A program made the position numbers and the translations under genes. Positions 10,099 to 21,135 of a DNA stretch of 64,000 bases are shown piece by piece (positions within the stretch are counted from its first letter, which is position 1; each line of letters opens with the position of its first letter). The stretch comes from a virus (Duplodnaviria > Heunggongvirae > Uroviricota > Caudoviricetes), in the IMG/VR virus record IMGVR_UViG_3300021400_000028, positions 106,250 to 170,249 of that record. One strand, written 5' to 3'. Below the pieces are notes generated by a model, which was given only the letters and a program-made list of their open reading frames with translations, did no database searches and was not told the origin of the DNA.

Positions 10099-12190
10099 AA
10101 GTCAAATATCCAATAATTCTTGTCCAATATTTTATATGTTTTGAACCACAATGCGGACATTCTGTTATTGGAGCATTCACTGTATGGTGACAATCCGCAC
10201 ATTCGCTCATAGGAATATTAAATGTGAAGTAATTTGTGCCATTATCTTTAGCAATATCTAGAATTTTAAGATACTGCTCCTTAGAAAGATGCGCATCTAA
10301 ATTGATGTGTGCAGCCTGACCACCGTCTGTAAACTGTGTTATTTCTTTTCCGTGCAATTTTAGTTTATCGAGAACATTAGTATTGTCCCAAGGATTGTAA
10401 AAATAGCAATTATACAAATTTTGATCCTCTGGAACATAATAACCATCCTCTTTATCCCACTGATACAACTTTACAGCCAAATTTTCTCCTGGAATAGCCT
10501 CACTGTTGAAAAGAATTGGTCTTTTCTTATCATGAATTGAGTTCTTTTTATTCTCGTCACGAACAGTGCCAAAAATAGTAGACAAAAAGTGTTTATATTC
10601 CTCATTGTTACCGACTGTTAATCCTAAGAATTTTGCAGCTTCTGAATATCCAATTAAACCAATTGTACTATATAATTTTCGCATATAAATATAACCTGCA
10701 TTTGATGCTGTAAACATTCCTTTGTCTTCAACATCATATAACATTGTTTTGTAAGCAATTTGATATTTATAAACGCGAGAAAGTATATTCTTTAAATATT
10801 CTGGAAATTCCTTATAAAATCTATTAATGTAATCATTAAATGCGTTTGGTTCTGTCTTTGTTTCATTAAATCAATTTTGAATAATTCTATTAAGATTTAA
10901 CGTGATTACATTACAACTACCTGTCATTACACCAGTCATTCCTGTAGTAGAACTAAAGGTATTTTCTGAAATTTCGTTCAAGACTCTACAACATGATGCT
11001 AAACTTGTTGGATTGTCACTATTAAAGCAAAAGAAACTACCACCCTTTGCCCATTCATCTGCACATAGATTTTTATAATCCAAATCAAGATATTCTTTAT
11101 TATTATGAACCAATGCCATTGTAGATACTGGGAATGTAAGAGGTTTAATAAGTCTAAGTTCACGATGGAGTTCCATAAACATTCTTTGAAGAACATCTAT
11201 TGCTTTTCATTCAGGTTTTGTTCCATCTGGATAATAGAAGTCTTCAAATAATGACTTAAAATAAATAGAATCGTAATAAGAAACATTAGAGAATGGAGAA
11301 TTAAAAGATCTGTTGCCAGCTGGTTGATTTACTCCGTAAATAAACTGCTTCATCCCTTTTCTAATGTAATATTTTACATCATGTGGTTCTTCTGTTCCAG
11401 TTGTTACTATTTCGTCCAATCTATTATATCATTCTGCACCAAATTCCTTAATTACATAATAATTTAAAGCAATAAAATAATCACCGACAGCAACAGCGCC
11501 TTTACATTGAGAACTAAGTAAAAATATTAAATTAGTAATCTGTCCACTAAATGATGCAATATCATTCGGCGCACTTGGTGTTACTCCATCTATATTTCCA
11601 ACTCCATCAACCATTAAAGGATATAATGTTACTGCGCAACAATAATATTTTAAAACAGGAGTTGATGCTTCATCGTGTGTATAAATTATATGATTGTCCA
11701 AATCCTTTACGTATTGTTTTGCCACTTCTGGAAACATTTCGTAAAGTTTTTTCTTCATTCGTGCTCTTTGAATTAGTCTATTTCTGGTTTTATAAACCTC
11801 ACCTTCTAGATTTGCTACATTTTTAATAGTAACGTTTGAATTAGCATCTGTTTCAGAAGCAGTAGCAGCATTTGTACCAGAATTAGTATAATTATCCATA
11901 TAATCAATACGCTCTTGTACAAATCTAGATTCTGAATGTTCCTCTTTATATTTTATATAAGCTATTTGAACATCATAATACTTAAATTCACCAAGAGAAT
12001 AAATAATGAACTTTTGAATATCTTCAACAGTTTTATTATCTTCAAACGTTTCAGATGTTGCTTTTAGATAATCTATAAATTCTTCAGGAGCATCCGTTTT
12101 ATATACTGCGTTAAATGCTTTATTTACAGCATTTTTTATCTTATTAAAATCAAATTCTTCTAAATTTCCGTTACGCTTGATTATTTGCAT
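10085..12190 (-). CDS. nrdD: anaerobic ribonucleoside-triphosphate reductase, class III (3 in-frame TGA)
   Basis: Four track ORFs in one frame (10085..10744, 10871..11182, 11207..11419, 11429..12190) are separated only by TGA at 10871, 11207 and 11429. N-terminal ATP-cone MQIIKRNGNLEEFDFNKI; C-terminal Zn ribbon CADCHH...CPHCG and glycyl-radical motif TRIIGYL. Confidence 0.85.
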
Positions 12191-12954
12191 AAAATTTCAT
12201 CATTAAGAATTTGTCCACAAAGATAATTCTTTTCAAATCGATTAAGAATATCCTTGTCATCTTCTGTAATAAGGGAACTAAATGCATTGTAATAGTTAAA
12301 AAGAGAACATTCTTTAGTATCTTCTACATAAAATTTAGAAGAACTATCCATATAAACATTCTCATATGCTTTTAATACTAAATTTGGTGTTATTTTAACC
12401 TTTCCACCTTTAGTATTATAAGAATAAAGCATACTTTTTTCAATTAATTCTCCGAGTTTTTCGTGTCTATCGTCCTTTGAAAATGATTCTGAATCCATTC
12501 TTCTAAATCTGATTTCAGAATCATCAGTCATTTCCATTAAATTTTTGATAGTTTCGTCAAAATCAATAAACTTTGTCTCTGGTTTCAACTCATAATCATT
12601 TAACCATTGAGAATTAAAACAAAATAAATTTTCTGAATTTTTATCCTTATATGCTTTAAAAATCTTATATACAGGCTGTCTCATATCCAGTCCATATACA
12701 AGATTGTATGTTTCTACAAAATCATTTATATGATTTGACATTACTGCTTGTAATCAAACTCTGTTATAAGTAATATCTTCGGAATTATTAGTTAAGGTTA
12801 ATTGATTTGGAAGCTGAACATGACAATAAAATGTATCAGTAAACTTCTTCATTAAATCAATAAACGGTTCACAATATTCCTTTGTTTCAAGATATTCCTT
12901 ACCTTTGATTACCGTTGATTTTCCTTCTAAGAGCTTCCCAATAGTTATTTCCAT
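12181..12954 (-). CDS. hypothetical protein (1 in-frame TGA at 12754)
   Basis: Track ORFs 12181..12741 and 12754..12954 are in the same frame, separated only by TGA. Confidence 0.45.
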
Positions 12955-13003
12955 TATCTAAATTTAAATATTTTTCAAATAATTCCTCATACCTCTCTCC
13001 CTT

Positions 13004-13414
13004 ATATGTATATTCACGTTGCTTATTTATAAGGGAAACTCCATCTCATGTATATTGGTTTCGTTTGGATAACGTTCGATTATTGTTCTTTAAAAGATAT
13101 GCTTCTATTATTCCAGCTTCTTTTTTAGATAATCCGCATGCTAATATCTCACATTTCCATTTTTTACCTATTGTATTTGTAAGCATATCATCCTTATGAT
13201 TAAATGGACGACCCTCCTGCCAGAACTTAGTATCCAATCGGCCTTCTCCTATATAATGGGCAACACCATGTCTACACCATAAATAAATACAATAGTTTCT
13301 ATCCGAATTAAACCAATCTGCATCTCTTTTCTTGAAAATAACATTTAAATCTAGACTTCAGAATTTAACCAAAAATCCGTTTTGATGTCGTTTTCTAATT
13401 TTTGTTACTTTCAT
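13004..13414 (-). CDS. GIY-YIG family endonuclease-like protein (2-3 in-frame TGA)
   Basis: Hand translation contains IYLWCRHGVAHYIGEG (GIY...YIG spacing); free-standing, just upstream of nrdD. Confidence 0.5.
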
Positions 13415-13424
13415 AGTCTAGATA

Positions 13425-13460
13425 TAAAAAGGAGAGGACTGTTTAGTTCAATCCTCTCCT
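13425..13460 (-). terminator. rho-independent terminator-like hairpin
   Basis: AGGAGAGG ... CCTCTCCT stem followed on the minus strand by T5. Confidence 0.5.
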
Positions 13461-13484
13461 ATGTTCCTTAATTAGTTGTTAATA

Positions 13485-14021
13485 TTAGAAGCTAAGTTCG
13501 TTACCAACGAATACATACTTACCGAGTTCTGCATTAACAGAAGGAGTGTACTTAACATGGCAAACAACTTCCTTGTTGTTCTTAACGCGATAAACAACAC
13601 GAATGTCAAGATCGGCTTTTACGTCAACCATAGCTTCCTTAGCAGCCTTAATAGCAGCATCCTTAGTGGCACCTTCACCAGAAAGAGAAGTAATAATCTC
13701 ACCATTATCTACACGATAAACTTCGTAAGTACGCTCAGTAAGAGTACGGCCTTCATTAACAACATTCTCTACAGTATAGGGACGCTCACGGGTATCCTTA
13801 GAACCATTAGCAACAACTACCATGAAACCAACACCGGGAATCTCAGTAAGTTTCTCCTTTTCCATCTGAGCAACAGCAAAAACCTTAAAGTCTTTGTCAG
13901 AAATGGGAGAACCAGCGTTTTTTCAGGAATTAGTCTTATTACGGATAACCTTAAAACCTTCAGCTTCAACAGCAGCCACAGCCTCAGCGTAGCTATACAC
14001 AGAATATTCTTTACGAATCAT
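13485..14021 (-). CDS. hypothetical protein with atypical GC-rich codon usage (1 in-frame TGA at 13923-13925)
   Basis: ATG at 14021 (MIRKEYSVYSYAEAVAAVEAEGFKVIRNKTNSW...) reads through TGA into track ORF 13485..13865. Codons are GCT/GTT/GAA-rich, unlike the neighbouring genes. Confidence 0.5.
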
Positions 14022-14327
14022 AATTTTTAAAATTTTAAAACATTAAACATTAATCCTTGTTTTTACGTGTTGCTGTCACGGGTTTTCATAACTGTTTTCC
14101 TTCATGATTTGTGATACAAAGTTACTAATAAGAATTGACATTTCCAAATTATTTTTAGAAAATTTGAATTATTTTTCAGTAATATCAATTTTTGATCTGG
14201 AAATCACTTTTCCAAATAATACGATCTCTGTTATAAGGTATTTTCTTTTATAATCTTTAGAATAAACCTTTTTCTGAATCATTTTACTTTTTCTTCCAAC
14301 GTAATCTCCAAACATAACAATTATTAT

Positions 14328-15389
14328 TTATTCAAATTCAACTTCTTTATCGTAACCAAAAATTTCATAATAGGCTACTCTCTTGAGTAACTGATTAAGT
14401 TCTTTTGTACCTCGTTTTAACTGTGTATCACTTACAGTGTAACAACGAGACCAATAATTAGGAATTGTTTCTACAACACAGACATTACAATTAAGTTTCC
14501 AACCTTGTTCTTTCGTAATTCCGAATTTCTTCATACAGTAATACCAAAGAATAGTAGAATAAACACTAAATTGTCTATAATAATGATAATGGTTAAAGCT
14601 ACCTTCAGACTTCATAAAATTATTGATTGTTTTACCACTTGTCTTCAAATCATTTAGTGTAATGACTTTATTTTCGAAATCTATGGTCCAATTATCAATT
14701 TTTAACTTAAATCTTAATGTTGTACAACGAGTTCCTTTATAAATAACAACAAAATCCATGAACAAAGCATCTTCACAATGAGATTCAATGGGATCTCCAA
14801 AAATATCTTTTGGATGAAGTTTTGCCATAATTTCAGAATTAGCCTGTAAAGACTCAATACATGAATTTACAACATCCCAATCTGCATCATTGAGAATAAT
14901 TTGTTCCTTATTAGATTTTTTGGCTTTTAATTCATTTAAGTTTTTGGAATATTCTTCCCAAGTTGTTTTGATGAAATCAATTTTAGAATCAATTGAATTG
15001 ACATAATAGTCTGCATTTTGAGCAGCGCTCTTAATAGCTGTTTTAATATCCATATTTGGATTTTCTGTAAGATATTTGTCAATCTCATCCATTACAAGAC
15101 CCAACTTTGCTGTAGGTTTGCCAATTTTCGGTGCCAATTCAAATTCTTCTGGTTGAAGTATAACTTCGTGAACAGAACTACCGCGAACGGTACTTGTAGA
15201 ACTAAATTTTGGATTGGATTTAAATAATCCTGGAGAACCACCCTCTTCTGGATTAATATACTTTAATTTTGAATTACTAACAAATTTACTATACTTAGTA
15301 GAGAAGTAAACCTCATCACTAATCGCTTCTCTATGTACAGAATTAAAGTTAGGTACTATTTGAAAGTCTTTAAATTTTATCTTTTCCAT
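14328..15389 (-). CDS. putative PD-(D/E)xK-type nuclease
   Basis: 353 aa; candidate D...(D/E)xK arrangement (ALFMDF ... ITLNDLKTSGK); weak. Confidence 0.35.
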   Translation of the reverse strand: MEKIKFKDFQIVPNFNSVHREAISDEVYFSTKYSKFVSNSKLKYINPEEGGSPGLFKSNPKFSSTSTVRGSSVHEVILQPEEFELAPKIGKPTAKLGLVMDEIDKYLTENPNMDIKTAIKSAAQNADYYVNSIDSKIDFIKTTWEEYSKNLNELKAKKSNKEQIILNDADWDVVNSCIESLQANSEIMAKLHPKDIFGDPIESHCEDALFMDFVVIYKGTRCTTLRFKLKIDNWTIDFENKVITLNDLKTSGKTINNFMKSEGSFNHYHYYRQFSVYSTILWYYCMKKFGITKEQGWKLNCNVCVVETIPNYWSRCYTVSDTQLKRGTKELNQLLKRVAYYEIFGYDKEVEFE

Positions 15390-15723
15390 CTTCTAAAATT
15401 TTATTCATCTCTTTAATTAATTCGTCTATATAATAACTGCCATTACAATTATTTAAACGAACTACTTTATTTGTTGTTTTATCTAAACCAACAATATTTT
15501 CTTCTTTTTCCTGCATTGAGAATGTGGTTCTACCTTTAACATTGTCCATAATTATTGCGTTTAAAATATCATTAATGGTTCCGTTTAAAAGTAAATATTC
15601 AATACCGGTTGTTCCTAATATATCATAATCATAATTAATATCCAATTTTGCAAGAATATTCCATTCAGTATTATTAATATTAGGATTTACGATTGCTAAT
15701 GCATCTCTGAAAAAATCTTCCAT
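15370..15723 (-). CDS. hypothetical protein
   Basis: 117-aa ORF. Confidence 0.4.
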   Translation of the reverse strand: MEDFFRDALAIVNPNINNTEWNILAKLDINYDYDILGTTGIEYLLLNGTINDILNAIIMDNVKGRTTFSMQEKEENIVGLDKTTNKVVRLNNCNGSYYIDELIKEMNKILEDGKDKI

Positions 15724-16535
15724 TACTTTAGATTAAGATTTAAATTATATATACGACGATGACCAATATTCTTCAAATATCTATTATGTGGGGCGTCCAT
15801 TAAATAACAGAAAATTCCATTTTCTGTAGCATCAAGATAATTGGCAATTTTGTCATCTACAAGAATAGATACATTATGTTCTTTTAGAAGTTTAATCTTA
15901 CTTTCATTCCAAGGAACACAATATACAGGTGCACAAGGAAATCCATTTCTTTCTAGATTTTCTTTAGTCCATTCAACTGGTATGCTACGACTTGTAATAT
16001 ACATATCTGGTTCGAAATTGGGGAGGTGCTTTGTAGGAAGAGTAGTCCAAAATTCTTTATCTGTACTAAGTTCCTTAAGTTTCTCTGAAATTTCATAAGA
16101 ACCATTCCAGTAATCATTAAGTTTAATTCCAGTCTTTTTTTCAAAGCTTGGAATAAAATCAAGGCATACATCATCGATATCTAAAGCAATTACCGGTCTA
16201 TTTGATATTCCAATAACTCGATCATCACCTTGAGGATAACAATGATACATTTCACATATTAAAAGAGCTTGTGATGCAACATATGCCATGTTTAAAAGTC
16301 CTTTTTCATCACAATCATTTCCGATTTCAAATTCAGAAAGATGTTTCTTTAAATTAGAAAGAGCATCAGACCAATTTATGCCTTTACGCCACTCATTGAT
16401 CGAATGCTCTTCTAGTTTTGATGTAAGAACTTTATTTACTTCGTTTAGTCCAATTTGTGGAACTAAATCATATCTAATCTTGTCCGTCATAAACTTTTGG
16501 ATTAGATTTATCTTCGTTTTCTGCCTGTATAGCAT
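15723..16535 (-). CDS. HAD-superfamily 5'(3')-deoxyribonucleotidase-like protein with unknown N-terminal domain
   Basis: C-terminal half has IALDIDDVCLDF (DxDxV HAD motif I), as in T4/NT5C-type nucleotidases. Confidence 0.5.
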   Translation of the reverse strand: MLYRQKTKINLIQKFMTDKIRYDLVPQIGLNEVNKVLTSKLEEHSINEWRKGINWSDALSNLKKHLSEFEIGNDCDEKGLLNMAYVASQALLICEMYHCYPQGDDRVIGISNRPVIALDIDDVCLDFIPSFEKKTGIKLNDYWNGSYEISEKLKELSTDKEFWTTLPTKHLPNFEPDMYITSRSIPVEWTKENLERNGFPCAPVYCVPWNESKIKLLKEHNVSILVDDKIANYLDATENGIFCYLMDAPHNRYLKNIGHRRIYNLNLNLK

Positions 16536-16708
16536 TCATAAGAGTACTTGCAAGCAACATTGGCAGATCTGGTTCTTCTCCGTCTTTCATTTCGGGCTCT
16601 ACTGACATCTGAAGTTCGAGATCTCCATTTGTTTCCGTAAAATACATTGCAATGATTCTTTTACCCGATTTAAACGTTACAACACATTCATTATTTACAG
16701 TTTCCATA

Positions 16709-17644
16709 TTATTTAAATTTAATTTCTGTTATTGGTTTTAGATTAAAACTACTCGGAGTTATTTTAATTGTATCATCAAGAATCAAATTCTTACTAAAAG
16801 ACTCGGGAGGATAAAGCCAGCATTTAATTTTATCTTGATTTACAAGATTTTTATAAAAATTAGCACCGAAACTAATATGTGACCAATCCAATCCAACCTT
16901 CTGGATAAGATACTCAAAAGCCTCATCAGAATAAGATTCATTAGATCTACCATGATTCATTAAAGGCAATAATACAAAGTAATAAGTATCATCTTTAAAT
17001 TCATTATAGATGTTTATAAATTCATCTACAGAATCTTTATCTTTAATGATATAATGTAAATTTATGTTAGTGTCTCCAAAATCAACTAATTTTCTAAAAG
17101 CTTTACGCCAAGTTTTATTTATTTTATCATTCCATGTATTTGCAGATAATGCTACTCCACCAACGTAATTGCGTGTTGCTTCAAGAATTTTTTCACTCCA
17201 TTCATCGTCATTAGCAATACAAATACCGTTTGATGTATAATTAGGTACAATTCTTAATTTGTAAACTGCTTCAAAAAAATCTAGACATTCTTTATTAATT
17301 AACGGCTCTGATTCTGAACCTGTGGCAATCTGAAATGGTCTATCATTATCAGACATACTCCCAAAGAAGAAATTTGCTTTATCAACAAGGTTTGTGTAAT
17401 CTCTACCATTAGTTGACGCTCCAACATAACAAAAAGGGCAGTTACAATTGCATCGTGTACCTAAAGAAACATCGTAAAATTCTGATTTATTTGCCGGAAG
17501 TTCTTTTGCTTGTCCAGTACCAAGCCGTAAAGTTTTTAGATTAGCCCATATAGCATAATAATTATATTCTGGAAACTTTCTAACTTTAACTCCCCAATCT
17601 TTAAAATTCTTCATCGTAATATTTAATCTCAAAATTATTACCAA
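16709..17644 (-). CDS. radical SAM enzyme
   Basis: Cx3Cx2C cluster GTRCNCNCPFCYVGAS in the N-terminal third; 311 aa. Confidence 0.7.
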   Translation of the reverse strand: MVIILRLNITMKNFKDWGVKVRKFPEYNYYAIWANLKTLRLGTGQAKELPANKSEFYDVSLGTRCNCNCPFCYVGASTNGRDYTNLVDKANFFFGSMSDNDRPFQIATGSESEPLINKECLDFFEAVYKLRIVPNYTSNGICIANDDEWSEKILEATRNYVGGVALSANTWNDKINKTWRKAFRKLVDFGDTNINLHYIIKDKDSVDEFINIYNEFKDDTYYFVLLPLMNHGRSNESYSDEAFEYLIQKVGLDWSHISFGANFYKNLVNQDKIKCWLYPPESFSKNLILDDTIKITPSSFNLKPITEIKFK

Positions 17645-18014
17645 AAGATTCTTTTAAAATAGCTTCTAATCCCCATTTATAAAACGCATGACACTCGTCT
17701 AATCTATAAGGAAGTTCTATTTCTATCCATTTTTCTGGGTAATCTTCAGGTTTTGAATCACGCGTAATAATCCAACTTGAATAACCCCAATTTTCAATAT
17801 CGCTTTGAGTTGGACGTTTTATTAAACGAACTACTGGAGTAACTTCGCTTTCTTGGTCGTATCCAAACAAACGATTAACTAATTCATATATTTTATCAAG
17901 CGTATCATTATCAGAATTAATTATTGCAAACAACTCACTTGATGAATTTGTAATAATATCTGAAAAAGATTGAATTGGTATTTTAATCGTAATGTTCCTC
18001 ATAATCAAATGCAT
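17601..18014 (-). CDS. paralogue 1 of conserved-N-terminus family (IQSFSDIITNSSSELF)
   Basis: Shares an N-terminal ~20-aa motif with the next two genes; C-terminus divergent. Confidence 0.5.
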   Translation of the reverse strand: MHLIMRNITIKIPIQSFSDIITNSSSELFAIINSDNDTLDKIYELVNRLFGYDQESEVTPVVRLIKRPTQSDIENWGYSSWIITRDSKPEDYPEKWIEIELPYRLDECHAFYKWGLEAILKESFGNNFEIKYYDEEF

Positions 18015-18450
18015 ATAAGATTCTACAAATAGCGTCTTTTAATTTTTTGCCAAGTTCGCTTTTTGATATAATTACTAAAGTGAGTGCACGATACTTATTG
18101 TCGTAATCATTCTCTAGATCCTCAAGTAATTTATTATTAAAAGTGCTTAAGTTACTAAGAACTTCTTCATTTGTTTTATCGTTCACAAATTCATTAAACT
18201 GACGTTCATAATATTCCTTTCCAGATAGTATCTCGCCACTTTCTTCATCATAATATTCCCAGTCTTCGTCAATATCACAAGAAATCTCTAAATGATCATC
18301 GATATCGATTTCTGGATTTAAACAACGTGCGATTTCTTTAATCGCATCTTCTATTTGTTTAGCACCAGCTCTTGTATACATACAGTATACTTCAGAAGAG
18401 CTATTTGTGATTAAATCACCAAATGATTGTATGTTTATAATATGTTTCAT
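17983..18450 (-). CDS. paralogue 2 (IQSFGDLITNSSSEVY)
   Basis: Same N-terminal motif; overlapping start/stop with neighbours. Confidence 0.5.
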   Translation of the reverse strand: MKHIINIQSFGDLITNSSSEVYCMYTRAGAKQIEDAIKEIARCLNPEIDIDDHLEISCDIDEDWEYYDEESGEILSGKEYYERQFNEFVNDKTNEEVLSNLSTFNNKLLEDLENDYDNKYRALTLVIISKSELGKKLKDAICRILYAFDYEEHYD

Positions 18451-18998
18451 TATCCTAAATGATATCTTTCTGCATAGTCTTCTATTTTTTCTTGATACTC
18501 AAAATTGGGATTCTCATCCAAAGACCACAATGCAATATCGTTTTCAAATTTTTTACTGAACACATCATATCCTTTAGATGAAAGATGTAAATGAAAATAA
18601 TCATTATTATAATCGCCCCAATTATCGAACAACGAGTGAATATCTTTATTGTCAATATCGAATTTTTTATGATAGTGTTCAATTACATCATGCTCAAATG
18701 CTTCAATTTGTTCTTTCTTAGGTTTTCTTACCCAGCTGGTACCATTATAATAATAACTATAATTGGTAAACCAATTATAATAACTAGCAACCCACCCAAT
18801 ATAACAGTCCTGATCTTCTTTAGACATGTTTTTAAATAAGATCGGTTCTTGATATTCGCTTCGCCAATCAGGATATATTGTATTTAATATATTGATTACT
18901 TCTTCTACAGAATTATTCTTAAATACAAATAATTCTGATGATGAATTAGTAATAATATCAGAATAACTTTGTATATTAAATCTAAATAGTATTCGCAT
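18450..18998 (-). CDS. paralogue 3 (IQSYSDIITNSSSELF)
   Basis: Same N-terminal motif. Confidence 0.5.
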   Translation of the reverse strand: MRILFRFNIQSYSDIITNSSSELFVFKNNSVEEVINILNTIYPDWRSEYQEPILFKNMSKEDQDCYIGWVASYYNWFTNYSYYYNGTSWVRKPKKEQIEAFEHDVIEHYHKKFDIDNKDIHSLFDNWGDYNNDYFHLHLSSKGYDVFSKKFENDIALWSLDENPNFEYQEKIEDYAERYHLG

Positions 18999-19005
18999 AT
19001 GGTTC

Positions 19006-19413
19006 TATTAATTTATAAAACATTTTCTTGTCCATAATTACAGCTTCACCAACAGTAACTATATTTGTTTCACGAGGTTCTTGTTTTGCTCAAATAATAC
19101 AAAATTCCTCAGGATTTACAGTAGATTCTTCTCTTATTTTAAAGTAAGATGGGATGGACTGTGTTTTTTTAAGTTGGATCTTTACAGGAAGCTTATTACC
19201 CTTATCTATTAAGTCAACTTTATTATTATCAACCGATTTTGATTCACTACGAGCTGTAACTACGTTATTGAAACCAAGTTCACGTAATTCTTTAGCTATT
19301 TTAACTTCATAAGCATTTCCTTTATTTTTAGAATATGCAGCACTACGTTTCTTCTTCGGTTTCGATTGTTTCTCAGAGACATCCGAATTCTTCTTTTGCT
19401 CACTTTTCTTCAT
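19006..19413 (-). CDS. Holliday-junction resolvase, archaeal Hjc-like (1 in-frame TGA at 19090)
   Basis: KGNAYEVKIAKELRELGFNNVVTARSESKSVDNNKVDLID matches the Hjc pattern KGxxxERxLxxxLxxxGF...DLIA; ends at TAG just before the next start. Confidence 0.55.
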
Positions 19414-20404
19414 AATACTCTTTTATTTTATTGATTAATTCTATCGTTCTTTTTTTACCATGTTGTTTAAAAAAATCCGATATATCTTTATCATCACCGT
19501 GTATTGGAAGAAAAGAAAATTCCAATTCAGGATATCTCTTTTTAAGTTTGGACATTGCGTGAATACCTGGCAAATCATTATCGTAATTTACAATTATATG
19601 ATTGTATTTTGTTTTTATACGATTATATTGAGCGTCTGTTAAAAATTCATTTTCAGAACATGGTGCAATTGCAGGAATTCCAAGCTCATACAAGACCATT
19701 ACATCTTTTAATGATTTTGTAATAACTATATAATTACCTCCATTTTTTGAAAGCATGTGTGCCCCTTGAATTAATGTAGATTTTCAATTAGATACAAATT
19801 TATACTTCTTTCTACCAGGCATATAAATTCGCCACAATTCTTGATTATCTTTTATACCTCCAAAATAACCATACGCCTTTTGTAAATCGTTATCAATATA
19901 AAAGATATTTCCATTTAATCATACGGTTTTACAAGCAAACACCTTGAATTTTTTCAAAGTGTCTGCTGTAATTCCATATTTACCTCACCAAGTCAAATCT
20001 TTGTCATTAAAATCTCTAATCTCTACACGAATGTTGGCTGAGCCTTGTTCTTCGATTTTATTTCCAGAATATTTTAGCTTAGGTTTGTTTTTGGTGAGAT
20101 TTGGTCTTGATATTAGATTAAAATCATTAGCGATTATAACTAAAGACATGTAATAACTCACTTGAAACAACTCTTGTACATATGCAAAACAATCTCTGTG
20201 ACTTCCATCACCAAAATCATGTACAATAAGACGTCCTTTCTTATTACGATATAAACTACAGGTTGGATTGCGATCGTTTCGTAATTTGGAACAAAACAAT
20301 CCTTTCTTTATAGGAACACCATAATGTTCAAGAATTTCTTCTTCTGAAAGTTTACTTAAAATCAAAGATTTTGTTACTTCTATTGGTTCAAGCGAATATT
20401 CCAT
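19400..20404 (-). CDS. DnaG-like DNA primase (zinc-binding domain plus TOPRIM; 3 in-frame TGA)
   Basis: Track ORFs 19985..20404 (Zn-binding: NPTCSLY...HDFGDGSHRDCFAYV) and 19400..19756 (TOPRIM: VNYDNDLPG) are in the same frame. The region between was hand-translated and is open apart from TGA. Confidence 0.7.
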
Positions 20405-20413
20405 GATATTCTA

Positions 20414-21127
20414 TTAAAACGGAAGATCGTTGGTATCAGAATCTGTAGTTTCAATGCCAAGAGCTTCAGCCAATCCATCTACATTACCTGTAGACTGCTG
20501 ACGCATATTAGTAGGCTGGGCATTATTAGCAGCATCAATCTTTCTCTGTTCAGACTGATTAAGAACCAAATCATGACCAATAAAACGAGTAGCAATACCC
20601 AACTGACCTGTTTTACTAATACGTGCAGGAAAACCAGGAATAGAATTAAAACCATTGTTCTGAGGTACAAGTTTTACTTCAAGTTCGTCCCCTTTATGAG
20701 ATTCAGTAAGAATTCCAATAAGAGTTACAAGCTGTTTGAAATCAAGATTCTTGATATTAACATGCTTTCCTTTAACTGTTACATTATCAGCATCAATTGC
20801 TTTTCCAATTTCTGGATCGAGCGCATCAACAATCTGACGAATAGCAACCATAAAGTGTTCAACCTGAGAAGGATTTTCACCAAATTGAGACTGCGTTCTT
20901 TCTGCGGAAGTTGGCTCAAAGAAGTTATGTGTAAATTCACCATAACCTTCTACATCAAGCTTCAACTGCATAGTATTATATGTATTTCCATTATTCTGAG
21001 AGGTAATCTGATTAAAAGAGATACCTTCAAACTTTGCATTATGAATTCCAGCACTAAGAACTTTACCTGCTTCTTTAACGCCAGCAGTAGCGGTCAAATC
21101 AAACATTCCCATATTAAAATGATACAT
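20414..21127 (-). CDS. SSB-like protein with acidic C-terminal tail ...DSDTNDLPF
   Basis: 237 aa ending in a DDIPF-like tail typical of SSB C-termini. Confidence 0.45.
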   Translation of the reverse strand: MYHFNMGMFDLTATAGVKEAGKVLSAGIHNAKFEGISFNQITSQNNGNTYNTMQLKLDVEGYGEFTHNFFEPTSAERTQSQFGENPSQVEHFMVAIRQIVDALDPEIGKAIDADNVTVKGKHVNIKNLDFKQLVTLIGILTESHKGDELEVKLVPQNNGFNSIPGFPARISKTGQLGIATRFIGHDLVLNQSEQRKIDAANNAQPTNMRQQSTGNVDGLAEALGIETTDSDTNDLPF

Positions 21128-21135
21128 TTAAAGAA

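Noticed and set aside
14031-14327. Sigma-70-type TTGACA promoter on the plus strand (~14136)
   Set aside because: No plus-strand gene follows; a TAnnTTTG-like element exists on the minus strand but without a clear upstream partner, so no promoter is called
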